A stretch of 64,000 nt of DNA from Nitrospinales bacterium (GCA_965262115.1 OZ253496.1:2176001-2240000); one strand, 5' to 3'; positions 41,442-52,937 are shown, counted from the stretch's first letter. Translations and numbers: made by a program. Notes: a model not told the origin generated them from the sequence alone.

Positions 41442-42095
41442 TTGAAGCCAAAATTGAACATTGAAACTCTAATTAAAGAAGCTTCTGTTTTTTCCGAAAG
41501 CGAGAGCAAACATGACGAACCATCGCTTTTTGGTGTTACCGATGGCAAAGCAGTTGGAACATATTTGGAACATAAATTTTCCGACTACCTGGAAAATATT
41601 TATACCTATCAGTCGGGAAATTCTACTTTGGGTATAGATTTCCCGGATCTCGAGGTAGACATAAAGGTAACCAGCATTAAGCAACCTCAATCCTCCTGCC
41701 CTTTTAAATCTGCACAACAAAAAATTTATGGTCTTGGATACCATTTATTGGTTTTTGTTTATGAGAAAATCGATAACCATAGCAAAAAAACATGCAAGCT
41801 GGATATTCAACACAACATATTTGTAAATAAAGAAAGAACAGCCGATTTTTAGATGACAAAAGGAATAACTGATATATTGAAAAATGATGGCAACGCAGAT
41901 GATCTTGCGGCGTTTGTTCAGGAAAAAAATCTTCCAGTCGATGACATAGGTGCAAGAGATTTGGCAGAGGAGATTCTGAGTAATCCACCCAAACAGGGTT
42001 ATTTAACCATCTCTAATGCCCTCCAGTGGCGGTTGCAATATGGACGAGTGATTCAAGAAGCTGGAGAAGTTGAAGGCGTGGATAGGGTAAGATAA
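41442..42095 (+). pseudogene. Type II restriction endonuclease-like gene with internal TAG
   Basis: TDGKAVGTYLE, GIDFP...VDIKVTS (PD-D/ExK); in-frame TAG at 41850-41852 between TADF and MTKG. Confidence 0.75.
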
Positions 42096-42100
42096 AGGCT

Positions 42101-43645
42101 ATGGCATCGAAAAAAACAAAAGAAATTTGGGAGTTTGGAGATTTTCAGACACCATGTGAACTTGCACATTTAGCGACAAAGGTTGTTAGCAAATTTGGCT
42201 TCAAACCTCTTTCTATAGTGGAGCCAACATGTGGACGTGGTGCCTTTTTGTTTGCCGCGCTTGATATATTTCATGAGGCTAAATCGTTTGTGGGTATCGA
42301 TATTAATGATTTTCACTTAGATTGTTTGCAGGAACAAATAATTAAAAAATATCCAAATGCCCCAGTAAAAATATTTAATGCTGATTTTTTTTCTTTTGAT
42401 TGGGCAAAATTCTTGGAGAATTTGCCCGAACCCTTTTTGATACTTGGGAATCCGCCTTGGGTGACAAGTTCAGAGTTGGGAATGCTTCAAAGTTCAAATA
42501 TCCCGGAGAAATCAAATTTTCAAGCAATGAATGGTCTCGAAGCTCTTACAGGAAAGAGCAATTTTGACATTTCTGAATGGATGCTTATAAAGCAGTTAGA
42601 GTGGTTAAAGAACCGAAATGGTCAGATTGCGATACTTTGCAAAACGGCTGTAGCTAGAAAAGTTCTCAATTATGCGTGGAAACACGATTATCCGCTGAGA
42701 ACCGCACGTTTTTATAAAATTGACGCAATGAAATATTTTGGCGCCTCTGTTGATGCGTGTTTTTTCTTAATGGATTGTGCTGAAGTAAATGGCAGCTTCT
42801 CTAAAAATTGTGATATTTATGAAACTCTAACTGACTCTGAACCTTCTTATGCCATTGGTTATCATGACGGCAGTGTTGTGTCAGATGAAGAGTTGTACCT
42901 AAAAAGTAAATTTTTACAGGGTGCAGATAAAAACTATATTTGGCGCTCTGGGGTTAAGCATGATTGCGCCAAGGTGATGGAATTGACACGTTCACCGGAT
43001 GGTTTTCTTAACGGTTTTGGAGAATTAACCCATTTAGAGGGGAAATATGTTTTTCCACTTTTTAAAAGCTCAGATATTGCAAACGGCCATGTCAGCAATT
43101 GCCGCAAATATGTCTTGGTCACGCAACAATTTATTGGGGAAAACACAGCGCATATAAAAAGAGATGCTCCCAAAACATGGAATTATTTGGAGCGGAACTC
43201 AACATTACTTGGCAAACGTGCTAGCTCAATTTACCGTGATCGTCCACCGTTCTCGATATTTGGTGTTGGCGATTACACTTTTACCCCATGGAAAGTAGCT
43301 ATATCAGGTTTTTACAAAAGTTTAGACTTTAAAGTAATTGGTTCTATTGAGGATAGGCCGGCAATATTTGATGACACCATATATTTTCTACCGGCTTGGT
43401 CAGAGGAAGAGGCAAGTTTTCTTGCAGAAATCTTAAATTAAAAGCTAGCTAATGAATTTTTGACTTCGATGATTTTTTGGAGTGATAAACGGCCTATTAC
43501 TATTGATTTATTGAAACGTCTCAATCTGCACACCCTTGCTCGAAAATTGGGTCGAGAAAATGAATATCAATCTTTTATTGCAATGCGCTTGATCCCACCC
43601 TCATTGGAAGACCAACCACAACAAGTCCTACCTTTTTCTATGTAG
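42101..43645 (+). pseudogene. Amino-DNA methyltransferase with internal TAA
   Basis: FGDFQTP, EPTCGRG motif I, GNPPW motif IV; in-frame TAA at 43439-43441 and the frame continues to 43645. Confidence 0.8.
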
Positions 43646-43681
43646 AAACAATAATTATATTGAGGCTTATTGCCTTCACGG

Positions 43682-44515
43682 CTAGTGGTGAAGTAGATAA
43701 GAGACTCTCACACCACTGGTGTAGACATCGGCCCAGTGTGAAGCTTTTTTCTGGTCGGGGGTGAGCAGGTCATGATAGGTGCAGGGCCGGGTCTGGTATT
43801 CCTTCCAGTCGATTCGGGTGTAGCTCATTCCTAACGACTGGAACCAGATTTCGAGAAGCGCCGGTGTGGGTAGAGTGATGAGGCTGAGTTCTTTGTTGCG
43901 GTGCGGAAACGAATGCGGCAGGCGATAGTCTTTCTTTTCCGGCTGGGTCAGGGCGGTGAGCATCAGTGGCAGTTTAATATTTTCTTCATCGATGGATTTA
44001 TAAACCTCTGGCGCGTCTTTCCCTTGAATGGCGGCGTAGGCGGCGGTGAAGGTGTCGAGTAGCACCGTTTCTTTCGCCACTTTCTGCATGAGTTTCAACA
44101 GTCGATAAGGCTCGACCATATAATAGAGCGTGCCGAGACAGAGCACGGTATCAAAACTCCCCTCCTCAAGATTCTCCAGATAAGCAAACGCGTCATTAAC
44201 TCTAAGGTTAAAGCTGGATCCAGGAACCTCTAATTGTCGAAACAGTTCCTGACCCCGCTCGATGGTTTTTTCTTCCGTGTCGATCCCCTGAACAAATTCG
44301 GCGCCGAGTTCGAGAGCTGCGTAGGCGAACGTTCCCATATGTGAGCCGATGTCGAGAATTCTTTTGCCCTTTATACAATCCCGATTGCGAGTCAGCAAGT
44401 GATCGATCCGGGCATTCAGGCATTCAAAGTTGTAGGGAATGGCCCAGCGGGTTTGCCGGGTTTCGGTGGTCAAAAAGGGAGAGTCTTTGCTGATGACAAC
44501 GGGAATATTTTTCAT
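43682..44515 (-). CDS. Class I SAM-dependent methyltransferase
   Basis: ILDIGSHMG, GID, FDTVLCLGTLYY. Confidence 0.85.
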   Translation of the reverse strand: MKNIPVVISKDSPFLTTETRQTRWAIPYNFECLNARIDHLLTRNRDCIKGKRILDIGSHMGTFAYAALELGAEFVQGIDTEEKTIERGQELFRQLEVPGSSFNLRVNDAFAYLENLEEGSFDTVLCLGTLYYMVEPYRLLKLMQKVAKETVLLDTFTAAYAAIQGKDAPEVYKSIDEENIKLPLMLTALTQPEKKDYRLPHSFPHRNKELSLITLPTPALLEIWFQSLGMSYTRIDWKEYQTRPCTYHDLLTPDQKKASHWADVYTSGVRVSYLLHH

Positions 44516-44690
44516 GATTTTTTAATGGATCTAGTCTGCATATTGCCAAGAGGTTGTAAATCACCCCAGCCCCTCTTTAAAAAAGAGGGGTTCATTGAGC
44601 CTCCTTCTTTTAAAGGAAGGGGACAATCTTGTAAAGCACTAACTTTAAAGGGTTTAGTAGCTGCGGAGGAACTTGGGGGCGGTTTGATTA

Positions 44691-44821
44691 TAAGTTGTTG
44701 ATTTTATTGGTTTGATCTGCTTTAATGATTTATGTTATTGAAATATTGGTCTTTATTTTTATAGTGAGGGTGTAAAAAGCGGCTGAAAAAGTTCAAATAT
44801 TCATAACTTGTTGAAATTATT
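44691..44821. promoter_or_regulatory. Three IHF-consensus-like sites
   Basis: Reverse complement of 44691-44703 is AATCAACAACTTA (WATCAANNNNTTR); related motifs at 44731 and 44804. Confidence 0.4.
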
Positions 44822-45000
44822 ACTAGTGCCTTATTTGCACCCACCACTTGCCGTGGGAGCAGACAGTAATGGCCTGTCAAGCCGAGGCCAGGGTTGCTCG
44901 CAGGGGAAAGCCAGTGCGCATTACAGGCGGAGGTTCTCCGCAAATGTAATGCTTTCGCGCTTGTTTTGTCACGGTGTTCGCCGATAATAACGCCCCCCCC

Positions 45001-45840
45001 GACCGAGCGTGAACGCGCAGGCATGACCTGATGGCGAAGCTCAATCAGGCTTACGACGGCTTGGATGAGGGGGCTATACGCGCCATCATGCTGGAGTGGG
45101 AAGCGGAAGAGCCTATCCACGAAAAGTTGGATTTGGATGAACAGTTGGTTCGGGTGGTGGGCCAGATCGCCCGGGTGCGCAAACGCTTGCATGAAATTTC
45201 CGATGAATTAGAAGACTTGACGCTGACTGAAATGTTTCAACTGAAAAAAATATCGAGTCTGCCGAGTTGGAGGGGCGTGACCTGCTTCAGGAAATCGCCA
45301 AAGGCTCAATACAACCTCGGTGTGGTCTATTTCAATGGCGTCGGGGTTCCCTGCGATCACGAGGAGGCTTTTAAATGGTTCGCCAAGGCGGCCGAAAAAG
45401 GTTCTGCTCCGGGCCAGGGTTTTCTGGGAGTGATGCATGAGAAGGGACTGGGTGTAGACCAGAATGATGAAATGAGTTTGCACTGGTACCAGAAGGCGGC
45501 GGAACAAGAAGACAGCACGGCGTAATTCAACCTTGCCAGAATGTATCATCAGGGAAAAGGTACCGGCAAGGCCGCAAAATGGTATCGGAAATCCACTCCG
45601 AAAAATGCGGAGAAAGAATGGGACAGCCCGTCAGGAAGAATGAATATTGGATGGTTGCGCCTGGCCGCCGAGCATGGCCACAGCTCAGCTCAATATTATC
45701 TCGGATTGATGTACCGCAATGGACGGGGCACCCCCGTCAACTTTGAGGAAGCCATCCACTGGCTCCGCCGTTCCGCCGAACAAGACCACTCGCCTGCTGT
45801 CGGCGCCCTGCAAAAACTTGAGCACTCCCTAAAAGGATAA
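45001..45840 (+). pseudogene. Chimeric remnant: J-domain-protein-like fragment joined to Sel1 repeats
   Basis: ERER/RHDLMAKLNQAY helix then coiled coil; AQYNLGVVYFNGVGV, AQYYLGLMYRNGRG; in-frame TAA at 45523-45525 within A*FNLARMY. Confidence 0.65.
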
Positions 45841-45956
45841 GCTAAACCCGTCTGCTGTAAGGTTTATCCTTTAACGCGACTTTAGTTTGTGTTACGATTT
45901 GCATGTCTTTTTATATATGATTATCTATATACTTCAATATAAAGATTAGGGGATTT

Positions 45957-46820
45957 ATGGGTCGATACCAAAGGGGCTGGATCGGGTTGGTTTTATTTCT
46001 ATCCATTGGATCAGGGAGTCCGCCTGCAACCAACGCGGGAACAGGATTGCGGATCCAAGTCGTCGGGTCGACCACGGTTTTACCGGTAGCTTCACGAGTA
46101 GCACAAAAGTTCATGGAATCGTCATCAAGTCGGATTCTGGTCAACGCCGGAGGCTCGGGGGTGGGCATTCATTCTGTGGCCGGCGGCCGCGCTGATATTG
46201 GCATGGCTTCGCGCGCAATCTCCCAAGATGAAAAGAAACGATTTGAAAAGTCCCACCTAAAAATCTACCCGGTAGGACTCGATGCCGTGGCCTGTGTGGT
46301 CTCTTCGGAAATTTATCAGGCTGGGGTTCGGCAATTAACACCCCAACAGATTGCCGGTATATATTTAGGAAAAATCCGCAATTGGAAGGAGGTCGGGGGA
46401 CCGGATCGGCAAATTGTTGTCGTTGATAAGGAGCGACATCGGGGAACCCGCCATGTGTTCATGCAATATATTTTCGGCAACGCGTCGCAAAGAACACCGG
46501 GAACGCTTCTGGTTACCGGATCGAATAATGAAGAGCAGGCCAAGATCGCGCAAAGCGATGCTGCCATTGGCATGCTGTCCTTTGCCTGGATCAACGATGA
46601 TGTGAAAGCGGTATCGCTCTTGGATCAGGAAAAAGAAATTTTACCGACATGGGAAACAGTTCGGCGGGGAAACTATCCCATTGTTCGAAAATTGAATTTT
46701 ATAACGGCCGGGAAACCGGAAAGTGAAATTAAAGCTTTCATAGGTTTTGTCAAAGGCCCGGAAGGTCAGAAAATTGTTGAAGAGAGCGGTTACATACCGA
46801 TCGGAAATTTCCAGCCATGA
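45957..46820 (+). CDS. pstS: Phosphate ABC transporter substrate-binding protein
   Basis: GSTTVLP, GGSGVG, DIGMASR, GKIRNWKEVGG, YPIVRKL. Confidence 0.9.
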   Translation: MGRYQRGWIGLVLFLSIGSGSPPATNAGTGLRIQVVGSTTVLPVASRVAQKFMESSSSRILVNAGGSGVGIHSVAGGRADIGMASRAISQDEKKRFEKSHLKIYPVGLDAVACVVSSEIYQAGVRQLTPQQIAGIYLGKIRNWKEVGGPDRQIVVVDKERHRGTRHVFMQYIFGNASQRTPGTLLVTGSNNEEQAKIAQSDAAIGMLSFAWINDDVKAVSLLDQEKEILPTWETVRRGNYPIVRKLNFITAGKPESEIKAFIGFVKGPEGQKIVEESGYIPIGNFQP

Positions 46821-47701
46821 AAGCTGATTTCGGGCGGGGTCTTTTCGGCACTCATCATTCAGAACCGGTGGGTTGGGTTTTTGCCTCCATGAATTTTATT
46901 TTTTTCTTATGCGCCGTGGGTCTCGGTCTTTTTCTGGTTGTGGAGTCGGTTCCGATTCTGCGTTCGGAGGGATGGGGCTTCTTGCTGGGAGAAAACTGGT
47001 GGGTGGGCGAAACGCTTGGCGCCTTGCCTATGATTTGCGGTTCCCTGATCGTTACTGGCCTGGCGATATTTCTGGTATTGCCGGTGGCTCTTTCCGGCGC
47101 TTTGTTCACTTCCGAATATCTGCCGTCTTCCTTCAGGAGAAGGGTGAAAGGGATCATGGAATTGTTGGCCGGTGTGCCCGGCATTATTTACGGTCTGCTG
47201 GGTGTTTCTTTTTTGACTGTTGGGGTCAAGGATGTATTAAACCTGCTTGATGGAAACACCCTCTTCACCGCCGGTTTCCTGTTGGCGATTATGATTTTAC
47301 CGACGGTCTTGACTTTGTCGGAAGATGCCCTCCATTCGGTTCCTTCGGAATTTCGTGAAGCCGCCGAAAGCCTGGGTCTCACTAAACTGCAAATCGCCTT
47401 GTGGGTGGTTTTACCCCAATCTCTGCCGGGCATCGTGGGAGCGGTGCTGTTGGGAATAGGACGGGCGATGGGAGAAACGATTGCGGTGATGCTGGTGATT
47501 GGCAGTCTCGACCGGGTGCCCGGATTCAACCTTTTTGTTTCAGGCCAAACCATTCCTTCCAAACTGGGCCGTGAGGCGGTGGAAGCTCTGGGCAGTGGAC
47601 TGCACTGGAGCGCGCTGATGGGTTTGGGTTTGACCCTTTTTATCATGGTGGCGGTCTTAACATTTTTCGGAAACCTTTTTGTCAGGCGGAGCAGTCAGTG
47701 A
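46817..47701 (+). CDS. pstC: Phosphate ABC transporter permease
   Basis: ELLAGVPGIIYG, LAIMILPT, GRAMGETIAV. Confidence 0.9.
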   Translation: MKADFGRGLFGTHHSEPVGWVFASMNFIFFLCAVGLGLFLVVESVPILRSEGWGFLLGENWWVGETLGALPMICGSLIVTGLAIFLVLPVALSGALFTSEYLPSSFRRRVKGIMELLAGVPGIIYGLLGVSFLTVGVKDVLNLLDGNTLFTAGFLLAIMILPTVLTLSEDALHSVPSEFREAAESLGLTKLQIALWVVLPQSLPGIVGAVLLGIGRAMGETIAVMLVIGSLDRVPGFNLFVSGQTIPSKLGREAVEALGSGLHWSALMGLGLTLFIMVAVLTFFGNLFVRRSSQ

Positions 47702-48546
47702 ATGCGATAACGGCGGAGAAAATGGTGCTGGCGTTTATTGGATGTGTCACTTTTTTAATTGTGGCTCTGCTGTTTTCCATTCTCGCTATCATGTTTATCA
47801 AAGGATTGCCCGCGATGCATGGCGGGTTCCTTTTTGATGAGTCGAGAGATTTTGGGCGTGCGGGCGGTATTTTTTACCAGTCTGCAGGAACGCTGATTCT
47901 GATGGGGGTTGCGGTTTTATGGAGCTTGCCGATGGCCTTGGGGTCGGTGCTTTTCCAGACGGAATACCTTGAGTCTGGAAAATTTAAAACTTTTTTAACC
48001 CAGTTGACTTATATTCTCAATGCCACGCCGACGATTTTGTTTGGGTTGGTGGGTTATCTGTTTTTTGGGGTTTACCTGAAGGCAGGCGTTTCATGGGTGA
48101 CGGGCTCGTTAATTCTGGCGGTGATGATTCTGCCGACTTTGCAGGTGAGCATCCGTGAGGCAGTGGAAGCCTTGCCGGAAAAATACCGTGAGGCGGGGAT
48201 GGCACTGGGGCTTTCAAGACCTGCACAAATCTGGCGCATTATCCTTCCGCAGAGTTTTTATGGAATGGTGACGGGGGTTTTGTTGGGGTTGGCCCGAGCC
48301 GCCGGAGAAACAGCGGCGATTATGTTCACGGCGACCACCTTTTCCGGCATTCGATTTCCGCAATCGTTTTCTGATCCGGTCCCCACTTTGCAGACTCATA
48401 TTCTGGTTCTGGCCCAGGAAGCGGCCAACCCGGAATCTATCGCCCAAGCCTGGGGTGCTGGCCTGGTGTTGCTGGGTCTGGTATTCTTGTTGACGCTGGC
48501 GGCCTGGGCATTCAGGACCCGGATGGTTATGGAGTCGGAACTATGA
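47698..48546 (+). CDS. pstA: Phosphate ABC transporter permease
   Basis: PTILFGL, ARAAGETA. Confidence 0.9.
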   Translation: MNAITAEKMVLAFIGCVTFLIVALLFSILAIMFIKGLPAMHGGFLFDESRDFGRAGGIFYQSAGTLILMGVAVLWSLPMALGSVLFQTEYLESGKFKTFLTQLTYILNATPTILFGLVGYLFFGVYLKAGVSWVTGSLILAVMILPTLQVSIREAVEALPEKYREAGMALGLSRPAQIWRIILPQSFYGMVTGVLLGLARAAGETAAIMFTATTFSGIRFPQSFSDPVPTLQTHILVLAQEAANPESIAQAWGAGLVLLGLVFLLTLAAWAFRTRMVMESEL

Positions 48547-49286
48547 TCCAATTTAAAAATTTCTCCGCTGCTTTTGGCGAAAGAAAAATTCTTCAAGAAC
48601 TAACCTTCAGCCTGCCTGCAAACTCCATCACCAGTATTATTGGAGCATCTGGTTCGGGAAAAACCACTCTCCTGCGCGTTCTTTGCCGGATGAATGACCG
48701 CATTGAAAATTTTCGTATTGAGGGAAGCGTTTTTGTCGATGGAATGGATGTTTACCGATCCGGTACTGATGTCTATGCGTTGAGAAGAAAGGTCGGCATG
48801 ATTTTTCAAAAGCCCTGTGTGTTTCCAAAAAGCATTATAGACAATGTTATTTTTGGAGTCAGGAAGAAAATTTCCAAAAAGGATTACCCGGACGTGGCAG
48901 AGAAAGTATTGCGTGAAGTGTTTCTCTGGGAGGAAGTCAAAGACCGGCTCGGGGAGAAAGCCACCAGGCTTTCCCAGGGGCAACAACAACGGCTCACTCT
49001 GGCCCGTACGTTGGCAGTAGGGCCGGAGGTTTTGCTGATGGATGAGCCGACCTCCTCCCTGGACCCTAAATCAACCGCAGCGATTGAAAAACTGGTTCAA
49101 TCTTTAAAGAACAGACATACCATATTGTGGGTCACGCACCAGCACGATCAGGCCCAATCCATCGCCGATCAGGTTCTGGTTATTGAGAAAGGTCAGGTTC
49201 TCCCTTTAAGCGTCCCAATCGTGCGACCGGCAAAACCCGCCTCTTTCACCAGTGTCTTGCAGAACGTGCAGGGGTATCCCGAATAA
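48543..49286 (+). CDS. pstB: Phosphate ABC transporter ATPase
   Basis: GASGSGKT, GMIFQKP, LSQGQQQR, MDEPTSSLDP. Confidence 0.92.
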   Translation: MIQFKNFSAAFGERKILQELTFSLPANSITSIIGASGSGKTTLLRVLCRMNDRIENFRIEGSVFVDGMDVYRSGTDVYALRRKVGMIFQKPCVFPKSIIDNVIFGVRKKISKKDYPDVAEKVLREVFLWEEVKDRLGEKATRLSQGQQQRLTLARTLAVGPEVLLMDEPTSSLDPKSTAAIEKLVQSLKNRHTILWVTHQHDQAQSIADQVLVIEKGQVLPLSVPIVRPAKPASFTSVLQNVQGYPE

Positions 49287-49360
49287 AAACTCCCCCTCTT
49301 TCAATCAGCTTTCCAACCACCTATAATTGAACCATCATGATTTTTTAATGAGGCGGGGGT

Positions 49361-50938
49361 TTGACTAAAAAGAAAACCAGAAAAAAACAGGAGTTTTCAT
49401 CCTTCACCAGCGGGGATAAGGGACTTTCAACGCTGGGGGAAAAGCTCAAGAGCAGTGATCCCGATTTGGTGGAACGGTTTGAGGCCATTCGAGGCATTGA
49501 ACTGACGGTGCCAAGGTTGGCGCAGGTCATCGAAGACCTTCTGCCTTACCCCTGGGATGATATTGAATTGTTTGAGGAGGCGATCAAACTCACGGCCCAG
49601 GGATTTTATGGGGAAGCGGTTGCAGTTTGCGTTGACGTATTGCGCCTTAGCCCCAACGCCTATCCTGCCTACCATCTTCTGGGACATATTTTCGGGGCGA
49701 TGGGGAATCCTCGGGAAGAAATTGAGCATTATCGCAAGGCCGTCCGGCTCAAACCCAATTACCCGCAAATCTATTTTGATCTGGCTACGGCCTATTGGGT
49801 TTCCGGCAAGGAAAAAAAATCGTTCGTCACCTTAAAAAAAACCATACCGATGGCGTCAGATTTTGCGGTGGCGGATTATTGGCTGACTTTCATCTTTGAC
49901 CGGTTGGGAAGAAACCGTGATATCTATCAGGTTTCTGAAAAGGATGCTGTGGTGGCGACCGAGACCTTCGCCCATATTTGCGGGCTTCTTGGCGCCGCGT
50001 TTCTGGAGTATGGCTATCATGCCTCGGCCCGCCAGGCTTTTAAGAAGGCGGTACGGGTGTATTCGGAATTTGCCGAAGGCCATTATCAGTTAGGGGCGCT
50101 TCATCTTAAAAAACTGCGGAACCCCAAACGAGCAGAAAAATATTTAGAGGTGTCAGAGCAACTTTATATTCGCCAGAATGATTTTCCAAGGGCGACTCTG
50201 GCACACCAGTTATACCGGTCTAAGGATGAGGTGCATGATAAAAACAAGGCTTCCGAAGAATGGTTGAAAGAAGGGTTGCGGCTCCAGGGGTTGGGCCGGT
50301 ATCAGGGGGCGGTGGATGCCTATCGGATGGCTCAGGGTTTTAAATCTAATTTTATTGATGCCTTCTACAATGTGGGGGTGGCTTATGGCTGTATGGAGGA
50401 AAATGGCATGGATGCCCTGCATAAGGCCGTATGGGTTTTCAAAAAGGCGATAGATATCAATCCGGAATTTATTCACTCCTATACGGCACTGGGTGCATCT
50501 TATATCAAGCAGGGCGAGTTAGAGTTAGCCATTCATGTGCTGACCCGAGCTGTGGGTGTCGACCCTGAAGACTCAAATGTTTATTATTATCTGGGAATTG
50601 CCTGCCGCATGAACACGCAAATTTCCCAGGCTGTGGATTATATGAGGCAGGCCGTAGCTCTTAAACCCCATTCGGTCCAGATGCAATTTTATTTCGGGTT
50701 GTCTCTTATGGACTTGGAACTGTTTGATGAAGCCTGTGCGACGTTTCGGGAAGTGGTGCGGATTAAACCTGATTTTGCCGAAGGGCATTTAGTGTTGGGA
50801 AAATTATATCGCGAAAAATTATCGGATCAGGACAAGTCACTGCAACATTTAAAAAAGGCCGAAAAACTTTTTGTGAAACTGGAAGATTATCAGCGGGTTG
50901 GGCAGATTCGTCAGCTTCTCATCCGCCGTTCTGCATGA
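49361..50938 (+). CDS. Multi-TPR protein
   Basis: Many TPR-like repeats along the length. Confidence 0.85.
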   Translation: MTKKKTRKKQEFSSFTSGDKGLSTLGEKLKSSDPDLVERFEAIRGIELTVPRLAQVIEDLLPYPWDDIELFEEAIKLTAQGFYGEAVAVCVDVLRLSPNAYPAYHLLGHIFGAMGNPREEIEHYRKAVRLKPNYPQIYFDLATAYWVSGKEKKSFVTLKKTIPMASDFAVADYWLTFIFDRLGRNRDIYQVSEKDAVVATETFAHICGLLGAAFLEYGYHASARQAFKKAVRVYSEFAEGHYQLGALHLKKLRNPKRAEKYLEVSEQLYIRQNDFPRATLAHQLYRSKDEVHDKNKASEEWLKEGLRLQGLGRYQGAVDAYRMAQGFKSNFIDAFYNVGVAYGCMEENGMDALHKAVWVFKKAIDINPEFIHSYTALGASYIKQGELELAIHVLTRAVGVDPEDSNVYYYLGIACRMNTQISQAVDYMRQAVALKPHSVQMQFYFGLSLMDLELFDEACATFREVVRIKPDFAEGHLVLGKLYREKLSDQDKSLQHLKKAEKLFVKLEDYQRVGQIRQLLIRRSA

Positions 50939-50947
50939 TAGTTGTTT

Positions 50948-52216
50948 ATGTCTGAAAATATTTCCAGGGTAAAAATATGTTTCCTTCTGACCGGGGTTTT
51001 GTTTCTTGCCCTGACTTCGGCCAAGGCGAACTCTGCCACCAGCGCCGAGTTGAAAAACCTGACGGCTGACGAAATGTCCTTCCTGGCCCTTAAAGATTCC
51101 ATGTACTACCATTTTGATGAGTGGTTCTCCCGGTTTCAGGGAGAAATCAACCGTCTGGAGTCTGCGGTGCCTTCTCTGGAAAACCGGGTGGAGCTGATGA
51201 AGTTTCATTTCAATTATGCAGGCTTGTTAGGGGAGCTTTGTCACACGCTGGCTTTCACCAGTAAATATCAGGATGAAAAAATAGCTGCGAAATTTCTGTA
51301 TCACAGTAGGCGGGTGAAAGATATGGCCCATGATGTTCTGGACGATGCCGCCGTGACGCCGGGTCAGGAAGCACAAGCGAATTTGTTCCTGGGTGCGGCA
51401 GAAGGTTATATTGGTATCTTTGAATATGGGCAGGGCAACCTCATCCAAGCTCTAATCAATGGGTTTCAGGCCGATACCCATCTTGAAAAGGCTCTCCTTC
51501 TAAACCCCAAACTTGTTGATGCCTATTTCGGTCTGGGAATGTATCGTTATGGAAACAGCCGACTGGGAGGATTTGGCAACCTGATCATGCAGGGCGGAAG
51601 AGACCACCGTCTCGTTGGCCTGAACCATATTGAGCATGCCATTTTAAATGGCGGGGCAACGCAACCGCTGGCATTAAAAACCCTGGCATGGTTTTATATT
51701 TCTGAACAAATCAATCCGGCAAACAAGGGGCTTCCCCCTGAAAACCCTTTATCACAAAAGAAGACCCGACAAAACGCCATCGGACTGTTGATCGATTTAG
51801 AAAATCGCTATTTCAAACAACCGGTGCCTCATCCCCATTTTCAGGGTAATAAGGAACTGGCCATCATGAAAGCGCTCCAGTCTGTGCTGGATAAGGATTA
51901 TGCCAAGGCCGGTATTGAGTTTAAAAAGGTGCTGCAAATTGTTGACCATTTGCAGAACCGGGGATTCCAAATCAACCCGCAACTGACGCAATCGGTGGAG
52001 GCGGGCATCAATTTTTGTGAGTTGATGTTATTGCAGACATCGGAAGGGGAAGAAAAACGTTCCGCCTGTATAAAGGTTAACGAGCAGATGAATTTTTTAA
52101 ACGGCGGAGGCTCTATGGTCGAATACGATTCTAAAAAAATCCGCCGGGAGCTTCACGCAGTATTTTCGGAGGCTTTACAGCAAATGGCTGAAAAGTTAAA
52201 TTGTGAGCAGGGTTAA
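50948..52216 (+). CDS. Exported TPR-like hypothetical protein
   Basis: Signal peptide; LEKALLLNPKLVDAYFGLGMY. Confidence 0.7.
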   Translation: MSENISRVKICFLLTGVLFLALTSAKANSATSAELKNLTADEMSFLALKDSMYYHFDEWFSRFQGEINRLESAVPSLENRVELMKFHFNYAGLLGELCHTLAFTSKYQDEKIAAKFLYHSRRVKDMAHDVLDDAAVTPGQEAQANLFLGAAEGYIGIFEYGQGNLIQALINGFQADTHLEKALLLNPKLVDAYFGLGMYRYGNSRLGGFGNLIMQGGRDHRLVGLNHIEHAILNGGATQPLALKTLAWFYISEQINPANKGLPPENPLSQKKTRQNAIGLLIDLENRYFKQPVPHPHFQGNKELAIMKALQSVLDKDYAKAGIEFKKVLQIVDHLQNRGFQINPQLTQSVEAGINFCELMLLQTSEGEEKRSACIKVNEQMNFLNGGGSMVEYDSKKIRRELHAVFSEALQQMAEKLNCEQG

Positions 52217-52319
52217 CGGGTAAGGATTTGGAGTTTTCTTTTAAAGTATTTTGGAAATGGGCATTAAAAAAACCGGAACCCGAAGGAAACCAACAAGACT
52301 TCTGACAATTCGCATATCT

Positions 52320-52937
52320 TTAAAACGAATGCCTGAATCCGAGTTAAAAGTTGTGGCTATCCGCCGTGGCGGTAGCGGTATATTTGCTGCCGGTGTAGTC
52401 AATTTTATAATCCAGATCGGTCATGCCTGTGTAGCGGTAGCCAAAGATCAATTCGTTGCGGCTGTGCACTTCATAACTTATTCCGGCCAAAAATTGATAA
52501 GCGAACTCCGTTCCTTCCGCCTCTTCTTCCCAGCCGATGCCGATGCCCGCACCCAGATAGGGTGTGATCATGGTGTTGTTTTGTATATCGTAAACCAGAT
52601 TAGACATAATAATGTGGGTATTAGTTTTTTCATCCAACCTAGAGGTGGGAAGGATCAGATTCCCCAGCGTTAAATCGCCAATATCATTTTTTCTGTAGGA
52701 GTATTCAAGCTCTGCCCGCCAGCCGTTGCCGAATTTTTTACCGGAGGCCACGGAAAGCCCAAAGCCGGTATCTAACTCCAGACCTGCTTTGACGCCACCA
52801 CTCTCCAGCGTGGAATCTTCCGCAACCGCAACCATTCCCGAAAGTCTGACATAGGTAGAATTATCTTTATTCCCAGCCAAAGCCAGCGATGGGAACAGCA
52901 ACAAGGCACAAACAACGATGGATATAATCTGTTTCAT
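52320..52937 (-). pseudogene. Outer-membrane beta-barrel protein with nonsense codon in the last strand
   Basis: Signal peptide, RAELEYSYR, TPYLGAGIG, FAYQFLAG; DSHNF*LGFRHSF* with TAA at 52344-52346 and natural stop at 52320. Confidence 0.8.

Noticed and set aside
45841..45956. Pho box upstream of pstS
   Set aside because: No convincing 11-bp-spaced CTGTCAT-like direct repeats by eye
41850..52346. Stop-codon reassignment or pyrrolysine explaining the in-frame stops
   Set aside because: Both TAG and TAA are involved, both terminate normal genes here, and core genes have no internal stops
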